Shown here: positions 28,201 through 42,956 of the stretch, one piece after another
How the letters are laid out: every line of letters begins with the position of its first letter
Position numbering within the stretch: the first letter of the stretch is position 1
Origin: the human T2T-CHM13v2.0 reference genome, Homo sapiens
Strand: one strand, 5' to 3'
Length of the DNA: 64,000 bases
NCBI RefSeq assembly: GCF_009914755.1
Contig: NC_060925.1
Position numbers and translations under genes: made by a program
The notes under the pieces: generated by a model
The model's input: only the letters and a program-made list of their open reading frames with translations
Told to the model about the DNA's origin: nothing
Databases searched by the model: none

Positions 28201-31200
28201 CATCAAACGGAATTTAAAGGAATCATCATCAAATGGAACCGAATGGAATCCTCATTGAATGGAAATGAAAGGGGTCATCATCTAATGGAATCGCATGGAA
28301 TCATCATCAAATGGAATCGAATGGAATCATCATCAAATGGAATCTAATGGAATCATTGAAAGAATTGAATGGAATCATCATCGAATTAATTGAATGCAAT
28401 CATCGAATGGTCTCGAATGGAATCATCTTCTAATGGAAAGGAATGGAATCATCGCATAGAATCGAATGGAATTATCATCGAATGGAATCGAATGGTATCA
28501 ACACCAAACGGAAAAAAACGGAATTATCGAATGGAATCGAAGAGAATCTTCGAACGGACCCGAATGGAATCATCTAATGGAATGGAATGGAATAATCCAT
28601 GGACTCGAATGCAATCATCATCGAATGGAATCGAATGGAATCATCCAATGGACTCGAATGGAATAATCATTGAACGGAATCGAATGGAATCATCATCGGA
28701 TGGAAACGAATGGAATCATCATCGAATGGAAATGAAAGGAGTCATCATCTAATGGAATTGCATGGAATCATCATCAAATGGAATCGAATGGAATCAACAT
28801 CAAATGGAATCAAATGGAATCATTGAACGGAATTGAATGGAATCGTCATCGAATGAATTAAATGCAATCATCGAATGGTGTCGAATGGAATCATCTTCAA
28901 ATGGAATGGAATGGAATCATCGCATAGAATCGAATGGAATTATCATCGAATGGAATCGAATGGAATCAACATCAAACGGAAAAAAACGGAATTATCGAAT
29001 GGAATCGAAGAGAATCATCGAATGGACCCGAATGGAATCATCTAATGGAATGGAATGGAATAATCCATGGACTCGAATGCAATCATCATCGAATGGAATC
29101 CAATGGAATCATCGAATGGACTCGAATGGAATAATCATTGAACGGAATCGAATGGAATCATCATCGGATGGAAATGAATGGAATCATCATCGAATGGAAT
29201 CGAATAGAATTATGGAATGAAATCCAGTGTGATCATCATCGAATGGACCCGAATGGAATCATCATCCAACGGAAGCTAATGGAATCAACATCGAATGAAT
29301 CAAATGGAAACACCATCGAATTGAAACGAATGGATTTACCATGAAATTGAAATGGATGGACTCATCATCAAATGGATTCGAGTGGAATCATCGAATAAAA
29401 TTGATTGAAATCATCATCGAATGTTATCGAATGGTATCATTGAATGGAATCGAATGGAATCATCATCAGATGGAAATGAAAGGAATCGTCATAGAATGGA
29501 ATCGAATGGATTCATTGAATGGAATCAGATGGAATCTTCGAATGGACTGGAATGGAATCATTGAATGGACTCGAAAGGGATCATTATTGAATGGAATTGA
29601 ATGGAATCATCGAATGGTCTCGATTGGAATCATTATCAAATGGAATCGAATGGAATCACCGAATAGAATCGAATGGAACAATCATCAAATGGACTCAAAT
29701 GGAATTATCCTCAAATGGAATTGAATGGAATTATCGAATGCAATCGAATGGAATTATCGAATGCAATCGAATAGAATCATCGAATGGACTCGAATGGAAT
29801 CATCGAATGGAATGGAATGGAACAGTCAATGAACTCGAATGGAATCATCATTGAATGGAATCGAATGGAATCATCGAGTGGAATCGAATGTAATCATCAT
29901 CAAATGGAATCAAAAATAACCATCATCAAATGGAATCAAAAATAACCATCATCAATTGGTGTTGAATGGAATTCTCATCAAATGGAATTCAAAGAAATCA
30001 TCATCAAATGGAACCGAATGGAATCCTCATTGAATGGAAATGAAAGGGGTCATCATCTAATGGAATCGCATGGAATCATCATAAAATGGAATCGAATGGA
30101 ATCAACATCAAATGGAATCAAATGGAATCATTGAACGGAATTGAATGGAATCGTCATCGAAAGAATTGAATGCAATCATCGAATGGTCTCGAATGGAATC
30201 ATCTTCAAATGGAATGGAATGGAATCATCGCATAGAATCGAAAGGAATTATCATCGAATGGAATCGAATGGAATCAACACCAAACGGAAAAAAACGGAAT
30301 TATCGAATGGAATCGAAGAGAATCATCGAATGGACCCGAATGGAATCATCTAATGGAATGGAATGGAATAATCCATGGACTCGAATGCAATCATCATCGA
30401 ATGCAATCGAATGGAATCATCGAATGGACTCGAATGGAATAATCATTGAACGGAATCGAATGGAATCATCATCGGATGGAAACGAATGGAATCATCATCG
30501 AATGGAATCGAATAGAATTATGGAATGAAATCCAGTGTGATCATCATCGAATGGACCCGAATGGAATCATCATCCAACGGAAGCTAATGGAATCAACATC
30601 GAATGAATCGAAAGGAAACACCATCGAATTGAAACGAATGGAATTACCATGAAATTGAAATGGATGGACTCATCATCAAATGGATTCGTATGGAATCATC
30701 GAATAAAATTGATTGAAATCATCATCGAATGGAATCGAATGGTATCATTGAATGGAATCGAATGGAATCATCATCAGATGGAAATGAATGGAATCGTCAT
30801 AGAATGGGATCGAATGGATTCATTGAATGGAATCAGATGGAATCATTGAATGGACTGGAATGGAATCATTGAATGGACTCGAAAGGGATCATTATTGAAT
30901 GGAATTGAATGGAATCATCGAATGGTCTCGATAGGAATCATTATCAAATGGAATCGAATGGAATCACCGAATAGAATCGAATGGAACAATCATCGAATGG
31001 ACTCAAATGGAATTATCCTCTAATGGAATCGAATGGAATTATCGAATGTAATCGAATGGAATTCTCGAATGCAATCGAATAGAATCATCGAATGGACTCG
31101 AATGGAATCATCGAATGGAATGGAATGGAACAGTCAATGAACTCGAATGGAATCATCATTGAATGGAATCGAATGGAATCATCGAGTGGAATCGAAAGGA

Positions 31201-31749
31201 ATTATGACCAAATGGAATCGAATGTAATCATCATCAAATGGAATCAAAAATAACCATCATCAATTGGTATTGAATGGAATTGTCATCAAATGGAATTCAA
31301 AGGAATCATCATCAAATGGAACCGAATGGAATCCTCATTGAATGGAAATGAAAGGGGTCATCATCTAATGGAATCGCATGGAATCATCATCAAATGGAAT
31401 CGAATGGAATCATCATCAAATGGAATCTAATGGAAACATTGAAAAGAATTGAATGGAATCGTCATCGAATGAATTGAATGCAATCATCGAATGGTCTCGA
31501 ATGGAATCATCTTCTAATGAAAAGGAATGGAATCATCGCATAGAATCGAATGGAATTATCATCGAATGGAATCGAATGGTATCAACACCAAACGGAAAAA
31601 AACGGAATTATCGAATGGAATCGAAGAGAATCTTCGAACGGACCCGAATGGAATCATCTAATGGAATGGAATGGAATAATCCATGGACTCGAATGCAATC
31701 ATCATCGAATGGAATCGAATGGAATCATCGAATGGACTCGAATGGAATA

Positions 31750-34700
31750 ATCATTGAACGGAATCGAATGGAATCATCATCGGATGGAAACGAATGGAAT
31801 CATCATCGAATGGAAATGAAAGGAGTCATCATCTAATGGAATTGCATGGAATCATCATCAAATGGAATCGAATGGAATCAACATCAAATGGAATCAAATG
31901 GAATCATTGAACGGAATTGAATGGAATCGTCATCGAATGAATTGAATGCAATCATCGAATGGTCTCGAATGGAATCATCTTCAAATGGAATGGAATGGAA
32001 TCATCGCATACAATCGAATGGAATTATCATCGAATGGAATCGAATGGAATCAACATCAAACGGAAAAAAACGGAATTATCGAATGGAATCGAAGAGAATC
32101 ATCGAATGGACCCGAATGGAATCATCTAATGGAATGGAATGGAATAATCCATGGACTCGAATGCAATCATCATCGAATGGAATCGAATGGAATCATCGAA
32201 TGGACTCGAATGGAATAATCATTGAACGGAATCGAATGGAATCATCATCGGATGGAAATGAATGGAATCATCATCGAATGGAATCGAATAGAATTATGGA
32301 ATGAAATCCAGTGTGATCATCATCGAATGGACCCGAATGGAATCATCATCCAACGTAAGCTAATGGAATCAACATCGAATGAATCGAATGGAAACACCAT
32401 CGAATTGAAACGAATGGAATTACCATGAAATTGAAATGGATGGACTCATCATCGAATGGATTCGAATGGAATCATCGAATAAAATTGATTGAAATCATCA
32501 TCGAATGGTATCGAATGGTATCATTGAATGGAATCGAATGGAATCATCCTCAGATGGAAATGAATGGAATCGTCATAGAATGGAATCGAATGGATTCATT
32601 GAATGGAATCAGATGGAATCATCGAATGGACTGGAATGGAATCATTGAATGGACTCGAAAGGGATCATTATTGAATGGAATTGAATGGAATCATCGAATG
32701 GTCCCGATGGAATCATTATCAAATGGAATCGAATGGAATCACCGAATAGAATCGAATGGAACAATCATCGAATGGACTCAAATGGAATTATCCTCACATG
32801 GAATCGAATGGAATTATCGAATGCAATCGAATGGAATTATCGAATGCAATCGAATAGAATCATCGAATGGACTCGAATGGAATCATCGAATGGAATGGAA
32901 TGGAACAGTCAATGAACTCGAATGGAATCATCATTGAATGGAATCGAATGGAATCATCGAGTGGAATCGAATGGAATTATGATCAAATGGAATCGAATGT
33001 AATCATCATCAAATGGAATCAAAAATAACCATCATCAATTGGTATTGAATGGAATTCTCATCAAATGGAATTCAAAGGAATCATCATCAAATGGAACTGA
33101 ATGGAATCCTCATTGAATGGAAATGAAAGGGGTCATCATCTAATGGAATCGCATGGAATCATCATCAAATGGAATCGAATGGAATCATCATCAAATGGAA
33201 TCTGATGGAATCATTGAACAGAATTGAATGGAATCGTCATCGAATGAATTGAATTCAATCATCGAATGGTCTCGAATGTAATCACATTCTAATGGAAAGG
33301 AATGGAATCATCGCATAGAATCGAATGGAATTAACATTGAATGGACTCGAATGGAATCAACATCAAACGGAATCAAGCGGAATTATCGAATGGAATCGAA
33401 GAGAATCATCGAATGGTCTCGAATGGAATCATCTTCTAATGGAAAGGAATGGAATCATCTCATAGAATCGAATGGAATTAACATTGAATGGACTCGAATG
33501 GAATCAACATCAAATGCAATCAAGCGGAATTGTCGAATGAAATCGAAGAGAATCATCGAATGGACTCGAATGGAATCATCTAATGGAATGGAATGGAATA
33601 ATCCACGGACTCGAATGCAATCATCATCGTATAGAATCGAATGGAATGATCGAAAGGACTCGAATGGAATAACCATTGAACGGAATCGAATGGAATCATC
33701 ATCGGATGGAAACGAATGGAATCATCATCGAATGGAAATGAAAGGAGTCATCATCTAATGGAATTGCATGGAATCATCATCAAATGGAATCGAATGGAAT
33801 CATCATCAAATGGAATCAAATGGAATCATTGAACGGAATTGAATGGAATTGTCATCGAATGAATTGACTGCAATCATCCAATGGTCTCGAATGGAATCAT
33901 CTTCAAATGGAATGGAATGGAATCATCGCATAGAATCGAATGGAATTATCATCGAATGGAATCGAATGGTATCAACATCAAACGGAAAAAAACGGAATTA
34001 TCGAATGGAATCGAAGAGAATCTTCGAACGGACCCGAATGGAATCATCTAATGGAATGGAATGGAATAATCCATGGACTCGAATGCAATCATCATCGAAT
34101 GGAATCGAATGGAATCATTGAATGGACTCGAATGGAATAATCATTGAACGGAATCGAATGGAATCATCATCGGGTGGAAACGAATGGAATCATCATCGAA
34201 TGGAATCGAATAGAATTATGGAATGAAATCCAGTGTGATCATCATCGAATGGACCCGAATGGAATCATCATCCAACGGAAGCTAATGGAATCAACATCGA
34301 ATGAATCGAAAGGAAACACCATCGAATTGAAACGAATGGAATTACCATGAAATTGAAATGGATGGACTCATCATCAAATGGATTCGAGTGGAATCATCGA
34401 ATAAAATTGATTGAAATCATCATCGAATGGTATCGAATGGTATCATTGAATGGAATCGAATGGAATCATCATCAGATGGAAATGAATGGAATCGTCATAG
34501 AATGGGATCGAATGGATTCATTGAATGGAATCAGATGGAATCATTGAATGGACTGGAATGGAATCATTGAATGGACTCGAAAGGGATCATTATTGAATGG
34601 AATTGAATGGAATCATCGAATGGTCTCGATAGGAATCATTATCAAATGGAATCGAATGGAATCACCGAATAGAATCGAATGGAACAATCATCGAATGGAC

Positions 34701-37700
34701 TCAAATGGAATTATCCTCTAATGGAATCGAATGGAATTATCGAATGTAATCGAATGGAATTATCGAATGCAATCGAATAGAATCATCGAATGGACTCGAA
34801 TGGAATCATCGAATGGAATGGAATGGAACAGTCAATGAACTCGAATGGAATCATCATTGAATGGAATCGAATGGAATCATCGAGTGGAATCGAATGTAAT
34901 CATCATCAAATGGAATCAAAAATAACCATCATCAAATGGAATCAAAAATAACCATCATCAATTGGTGTTGAATGGAATTCTCATCAAATGGAATTCAAAG
35001 AAATCATCATCAAATGGAACCGAATGGAATCCTCATTGAATGGAAATGAAAGGGGTCATCATCTAATGGAATCGCATGGAATCATCATAAAATGGAATCG
35101 AATGGAATCAACATCAAATGGAATCAAATGGAATCATTGAACGGAATTGAATGGAATCGTCATCGAAAGAATTGAATGCAATCATCGAATGGTCTCGAAT
35201 GGAATCATCTTCAAATGGAATGGAATGGAATCATCGCATAGAATCGAAAGGAATTATCATCGAATGGAATCGAATGGAATCAACACCAAACGGAAAAAAA
35301 CGGAATTATCGAATGGAATCGAAGAGAATCATCGAATGGACCCGAATGGAATCATCTAATGGAATGGAATGGAATAATCCATGGACTCGAATGCAATCAT
35401 CATCGAATGCAATCGAATGGAATCATCGAATGGACTCGAATGGAATAATCATTGAACGGAATCGAATGGAATCATCATCGGATGGAAACGAATGGAATCA
35501 TCATCGAATGGAATCGAATAGAATTATGGAATGAAATCCAGTGTGATCATCATCGAATGGACCCGAATGGAATCATCATCCAACGGAAGCTAATGGAATC
35601 AACATCGAATGAATCGAAAGGAAACACCATCGAATTGAAACGAATGGAATTACCATGAAATTGAAATGGATGGACTCATCATCAAATGGATTCGTATGGA
35701 ATCATCGAATAAAATTGATTGAAATCATCATCGAATGGAATCGAATGGTATCATTGAATGGAATCGAATGGAATCATCATCAGATGGAAATGAATGGAAT
35801 CGTCATAGAATGGGATCGAATGGATTCATTGAATGGAATCAGATGGAATCATTGAATGGACTGGAATGGAATCATTGAATGGACTCGAAAGGGATCATTA
35901 TTGAATGGAATTGAATGGAATCATCGAATGGTCTCGATAGGAATCATTATCAAATGGAATCGAATGGAATCACCGAATAGAATCGAATGGAACAATCATC
36001 GAATGGACTCAAATGCAATTATCCTCTAATGGAATCGAATGGAATTATCGAATGTAATCGAATGGAATTCTCGAATGCAATCGAATAGAATCATCGAATG
36101 GACTCGAATGGAATCATCGAATGGAATGGAATGGAACAGTCAATGAACTCGAATGGAATCATCATTGAATGGAATCGAATGGAATCATCGAGTGGAATCG
36201 AATGGAATTATGATCAAATGGAATCGAATGTAATCATCATCAAATGGAATCAAAAATAACCATCATCAATTGGTATTGAATGGAAATGTCATCAAATGGA
36301 ATTCAAAGGAATCATCATCAAATGGAACTGAATGGAATCCTCATTGAATGGAAATGAAAGGGGTCATCATCTAATGGAATCGCATGGAATCATCATCAAA
36401 TGGAATCGAATGGAATCATCATCAAATGGAATCTGATGGAATCATTGAACAGAATTGAATGGAATCGTCATCGAATGAATTGAATGCAATCATCGAATGG
36501 TCTCGAATGTAATCACATTCTAATGGAAAGGAATGGAATCATCGCATAGAATCGAATGGAATTAACATTGAATGGACTCGAATGGAATCAACATCAAACG
36601 GAATCAAGCGGAATTATCGAATGGAATCGAAGAGAATCATCGAATGGTCTCGAATGGAATCATCTTCTAATGGAAAGGAATGGAATCATCGCATAGAATC
36701 GAATGGAATTAACATTGAATGGACTCGAATGGAATCAACATCAAATGGAATCAAGCGGAATTATCGAATGAAATCGAAGAGAATCATCGAATGGACTCGA
36801 ATGGAATCATCTAATGGAATGGAATGGAATAATCCACGGACTCGAATGCAATAATCATCGTTTAGTATCGAATGGAATCATCGAATGGACTCGAATGGAA
36901 TAATCATTGAACGGAATCGAATGGAATCATCATCGGATGGAAACGAATGGAATCATCATCGAATGGAAATGAAAGGAGTCATCATCTAATGGAATTGCAT
37001 GGAATCATCATCAAATGGAATCGAATGGAATCAACATCAAATGGAATCAAATGGAATCATTGAACGGAATTGAATGGAATCGTCATCGAATGAATTGAAT
37101 GCAATCATCGAATGGTCTCGAATGGAATCATCTTCAAATGGAATGGAATGGAATCATGGCATAGAATCGAATGGAATTATCATCGAATGGAATCGAATGG
37201 AATCAACATCAAACGGAAAAAAACGGAATTATCGAATGGAATCGAAGAGAATCATCGAATGGACCCGAATGGAATCATCTAATGGAATGGAATGGAATAA
37301 TCCATGGACTCGAATGCAATCATCATCGAATGGAATCGAATGGAATCATCGAATGGACTCGAATGGAATAATCATTGAACGGAATCGAATGGAATCATCA
37401 TCGGATGGAAATGAATGGAATCATCATCGAATGGAATCGAATAGAATTATGGAATGAAATCCAGTGTGATCATCATCGAATGGACCCGAATGGAATCATC
37501 ATCCAACGTAAGCTAATGGAATCAACATCGAATGAATCGAATGGAAACACCATCGAATTGAAACGAATGGAATTACCATGAAATTGAAATGGATGGACTC
37601 ATCATCGAATGGATTCGAATGGAATCATCGAATAAAATTGATTGAAATCATCATCGAATGGTATCGAATGGTATCCTTGAATGGAATCGAATGGAATCAT

Positions 37701-39320
37701 CCTCAGATGGAAATGAATGGAATCGTCATAGAATGGAATCGAATGGATTCATTGAATGGAATCAGATGGAATCATCGAATGGACTGGAATGGAATCATTG
37801 AATGGACTCGAAAGGGATCATTATTGAATGGAATTGAATGGAATCATCGAATGGTCCCGATGGAATCATTATCAAATGGAATCGAATGGAATCACCGAAT
37901 AGAATCGAATGGAACAATCATCGAATGGACTCAAATGGAATTATCCTCACATGGAATCGAATGGAATTATCGAATGCAATCGAATGGAATTATCGAATGC
38001 AATCGAATAGAATCATCGAATGGACTCGAATGGAATCATCGAATGGAATGGAATGGAACAGTCAATGAACTCGAATGGAATCATCATTGAATGGAATCGA
38101 ATGGAATCATCGAGTGGAATCGAATGGAATTATGATCAAATGGAATCGAATGTAATCATCATCAAATGGAATCAAAAATAACCATCATCAATTGGTATTG
38201 AATGGAATTCTCATCAAATGGAATTCAAAGGAATCATCATCAAATGGAACTGAATGGAATCCTCATTGAATGGAAATGAAAGGGGTCATCATCTAATGGA
38301 ATCGCATGGAATCATCATCAAATGGAATCGAATGGAATCATCATCAAATGGAATCTGATGGAATCATTGAACAGAATTGAATGGAATCGTCATCGAATGA
38401 ATTGAATTCAATCATCGAATGGTCTCGAATGTAATCACATTCTAATGGAAAGGAATGGAATCATCGCATAGAATCGAATGGAATTAACATTGAATGGACT
38501 CGAATGGAATCAACATCAAACGGAATCAAGCGGAATTATCGAATGGAATCGAAGAGAATCATCGAATGGTCTCGAATGGAATCATCTTCTAATGGAAAGG
38601 AATGGAATCATCTCATAGAATCGAATGGAATTAACATTGAATGGACTCGAATGGAATCAACATCAAATGCAATCAAGCGGAATTGTCGAATGAAATCGAA
38701 GAGAATCATCGAATGGACTCGAATGGAATCATCTAATGGAATGGAATGGAATAATCCACGGACTCGAATGCAATCATCATCGTATAGAATCGAATGGAAT
38801 GATCGAAAGGACTCGAATGGAATAACCATTGAACGGAATCGAATGGAATCATCATCGGATGGAAACGAATGGAATCATCATCGAATGGAAATGAAAGGAG
38901 TCATCATCTAATGGAATTGCATGGAATCATCATCAAATGGAATCGAATGGAATCATCATCAAATGGAATCAAATGGAATCATTGAACGGAATTGAATGGA
39001 ATTGTCATCGAATGAATTGACTGCAATCATCCAATGGTCTCGAATGGAATCATCTTCAAATGGAATGGAATGGAATCATCGCATAGAATCGAATGGAATT
39101 ATCATCGAATGGAATCGAATGGTATCAACATCAAACGGAAAAAAACGGAATTATCGAATGGAATCGAAGAGAATCTTCGAACGGACCCGAATGGAATCAT
39201 CTAATGGAATGGAATGGAATAATCCATGGACTCGAATGCAATCATCATCGAATGGAATCGAATGGAATCATTGAATGGACTCGAATGGAATAATCATTGA
39301 ACGGAATCGAATGGAATCAT
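31750..39320 (+). repeat. ~2.4 kb segment duplicated at 5153 bp offset (~31750-34170 and ~36900-39320)
   Basis: Landmark pairs are 31921/37074, 32425/37578, 33351/38504 and 33843/38996. Shared private variants include CAACGTAAGC, CATCCTCAG, the 1 bp deletion GTCCCGATGG and CCTCACATGG. Confidence 0.88.
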
Positions 39321-41084
39321 CATCGGATGGAAATGAATGGAATCATCATCGAATGGAATCGAATAGAATTATGGAATGAAATCCAGTGTGATCATCATCG
39401 AATGGACCCGAATGGAATCATCATCCAACGGAAGCTAATGGAATCAACATCGAATGAATCGAAAGGAAACACCATCGAATTGAAACGAATGGAATTATCA
39501 TGAAATTGAAATGGATGGACTCATCATCGAATGGATTCGAATGGAATCATCGAATAAAATTGATTGAAATCATCATCGAATGGAATCGAATGGTATCATT
39601 GAATGGAATCGAATGGAATCATCATCAGATGGAAATGAATGGAATCGTCATAGAATGGAATCGAATGGATTCATTGAATGGAATCAGATGGAATCATCGA
39701 ATGGACTCGAATGGAATAATCATTGAACGGAATCGAATGGAATCATCATCGGATGGAAACGAATGGAATCATCATCGAATGGAAATGAAAGGAGTCATCA
39801 TCTAATGGAATTTCATGGAATCATCATCAAATGGAATCGAATGGAATCAACATCAAATGGAATCAAATGGAATCATTGAACGGAATTGAATGGAATCGTC
39901 ATCGAATGAATTGAATGCAATCATCGAATGGTCTCGAATGGAATCATCTTCAAATGGAATGGAATGGAATCATCGCATAGAATCGAATGGAATTATCATC
40001 GAATGGAATCGAATGGTATCAACATCAAACGGAAAATAACGGAATTATCGAATGGAATCGAAGAGAATCATCGAACGGTCCCGAATGGAATCATCTAATG
40101 GAATGGAATGGAATAATCCACGGACTCGAATGCAATCATCGTCGAATGGAATCGAATAGAATCATCGAATGGACTCGAATGGCATAATCATTGAACGGAA
40201 TCGAATGGAATCATCATCGGATGGAAACGAATGGAATCATCATCGAATGGAATCGAATAGAATTATGGAATGAAATCCAGTGTGATCATCATCGAATGGA
40301 CCCGAATGGAATCATCATCCAACGGAAGCTAATGGAATCAACATCGAATGAATCGAAAGGAAACACCATCGAATTGAAACGAATGGAATTACCATGAAAT
40401 TGAAATGGATGGACTCATCATCAAATGGATTCGAATGGAATCATCGAATAAAATTGATTGAAATCATCATCGAATGGAATCGAATGGTATCATTGAATGG
40501 AATCGAATGGAATCATCATCAGATGGAAATGAATGGAATCGTCATAGAATGGAATCGAATGGATTCATTGAATGGAATCAGATGGAATCATTGAATGGAC
40601 TGGAATGGAATCATTGAATGGACTCGAAAGGGATCATTATTGAATGGAATTGAATGGAATCATCGAATGGTCTCGATTGGAATCATTATCAAATGGAATC
40701 GAATGGAATCACCGAATAGAATCGAATGGAACAATCATCGAATGGACTCAAATGGAATTATCCTCCAATGGAATGGAATGGAATTATCGAATGCAATCGA
40801 ATGGAATTATCGAATGCAATCGAATAGAATCATCGAATGGACTCGAATGGAATCATCGAATGGAATGGAATGGAACAGTCAATGAACTCGAATGGAATCA
40901 TCATTGAATGGAATCGAATGGAATCATCGAGTGGAATCGAAAGGAATTATGACCAAATGGAATCGAATGTAATCATCATCAAATGGAATCAAAAATAACC
41001 ATCATCAATTGGTATTGAATGGAATTGTCATCAAATGGAATTCAAAGGAATCATCATCAAATGGAACCGAATGGAATCCTCATT

Positions 41085-42956
41085 GAATGGAAATGAAAGG
41101 GGTCATCATCTAATGGAATCGCATGGAATCATCATCAAATGGAATCGAATGGAATCATCATCAAATGGAATCTAATGGAATCATTGAACAGAATTGAATG
41201 GAATCGTCATCGAATGAATTGAATGCAATCATCGAATGGTCTCGAATGGAATCATCTTCTAATGGAAAGGAATGGAATCATTGCATAGAATCGAGTGGAA
41301 TTATCATCGAATGGAATCGAATGGTATCAACACCAAACGGAAAAAAACGGAATTATCGAATGGAATCGAAGAGAATCTTCGAACGGACCCGAATGGAATC
41401 ATCTAATGGAATTGAATGGAATAATCCATGGACTCGAATGCAATCATCATCGAATGGAATCGAATGGAATCATCGAATGGACTCGAATGGAATAATCATT
41501 GAACGGAATCGAATGGAATCATCATCGGATGGAAACGAATGGAATCATCATCGAATGGAAATGAAAGGAGTCATCATCTAATGGAATTGCATGGAATCAT
41601 CATAAAATGGAATCGAATGGAATCAACATCAAATGGAATCAAATGGAATCATTGAACGGAATTGAATGGAATCGTCATCGAATGAATTGAATGCAATCAT
41701 CGAATGGTCTCGAATGGAATCATCTTCAAATGGAATGGAATGGAATCATCGCATAGAATCGAATGGAATTATCATCGAATGGAATCGAATGGAATCAACA
41801 TCAAACGGAAAAAAACGGAATTATCGAATGGAATCGAAGAGAATCATCGAATGGACCCGAATGGAATCATCTAATGGAATGGCATGGAATAATCCATGGA
41901 CACGAATGCAATCATCATCGAATGGAATCGAATGGAATCATCGAATGGACTCGAATGGAATAATCATTGAACGGAATCGAATGGAATCATCATCGGATGG
42001 AAACGAATGGAATCATCATCGAATGGAAATGAAAGGAGTCATCATCTAATGGAATTGCATGGAATCATCATCAAATGGAATCGAATGGAATCAACATCAA
42101 ATGGAATCAAATGGAATCATTGAACGGAATTGAATGGAATCGTCATCGAATGAATTGAATGCAATCATCGAATGGTCTCGAATGCAATCATCTTCAAATG
42201 GAATGGAATGGAATCATCGCATAGAATCGAATGGAATTATCATCAAATGGAATCGAATGGTATCAACATAAAACGGAAAAAAACGGAATTATCGAATGGA
42301 ATCGAAGAGAATCCTCGAACGGACCCGAATGGAATCATCTAATGGAATGGAATGGAATAATCCATGGAGTCGAATGCAATCATCATCGAATGGAATCGAA
42401 TGGAATCATCGAATGGACTCGAATGGAATAATCATTGAACGGAATCGAATGGAATCATCTTCGGATGGAAACGAATGGAATCATCATGGAATGGAAATGA
42501 GAGGAATCATCATCTAATGGAATTGCATGGAATCATCATAAAATGGAATCGAATGGAATCAACATCAAATGGAATCAAATGTAATCCTTGAACGGAATTG
42601 AATGGAATCGTCATCGAATGAATTGAATGCAATCATCGAATGGTCTCGAATGGAATCATCTTCAAATGGAATGGAATGGAATCATCGCATAGAATCGAAT
42701 GGAATTATCATCGAATGGAATCGAATGGAATCAACATCAAACGGAAAAAAACGGAATTATCGAATGGAATCGAAGAGAATCATCGAATGGACCCGAATGG
42801 AATCATCTAATGGAATGGAATGGAATAACCCATGGACTCGAATGCAATCATCATCGAATGGAATCGAATGGAATCATCGAATGGACTCGAATGGAATAAT
42901 CATTGAACGGAATCGAATGGAATCATCATCGGATGGAAATGAATGGAATCATCATC
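41085..42956 (+). repeat. Run of four 468 bp modules (2712 bp unit)
   Basis: Module landmarks are at 41198, 41666, ~42134 and 42602. Core landmarks 40394 to 43106 are 2712 apart (840 + 4x468). Confidence 0.9.

Noticed and set aside
33455-38829. Two - strand ORFs (33455-33676, 38608-38829)
   Set aside because: Chance loss of stop codons in one duplicated satellite block, giving typical IPFDS/FHSI satellite translation.
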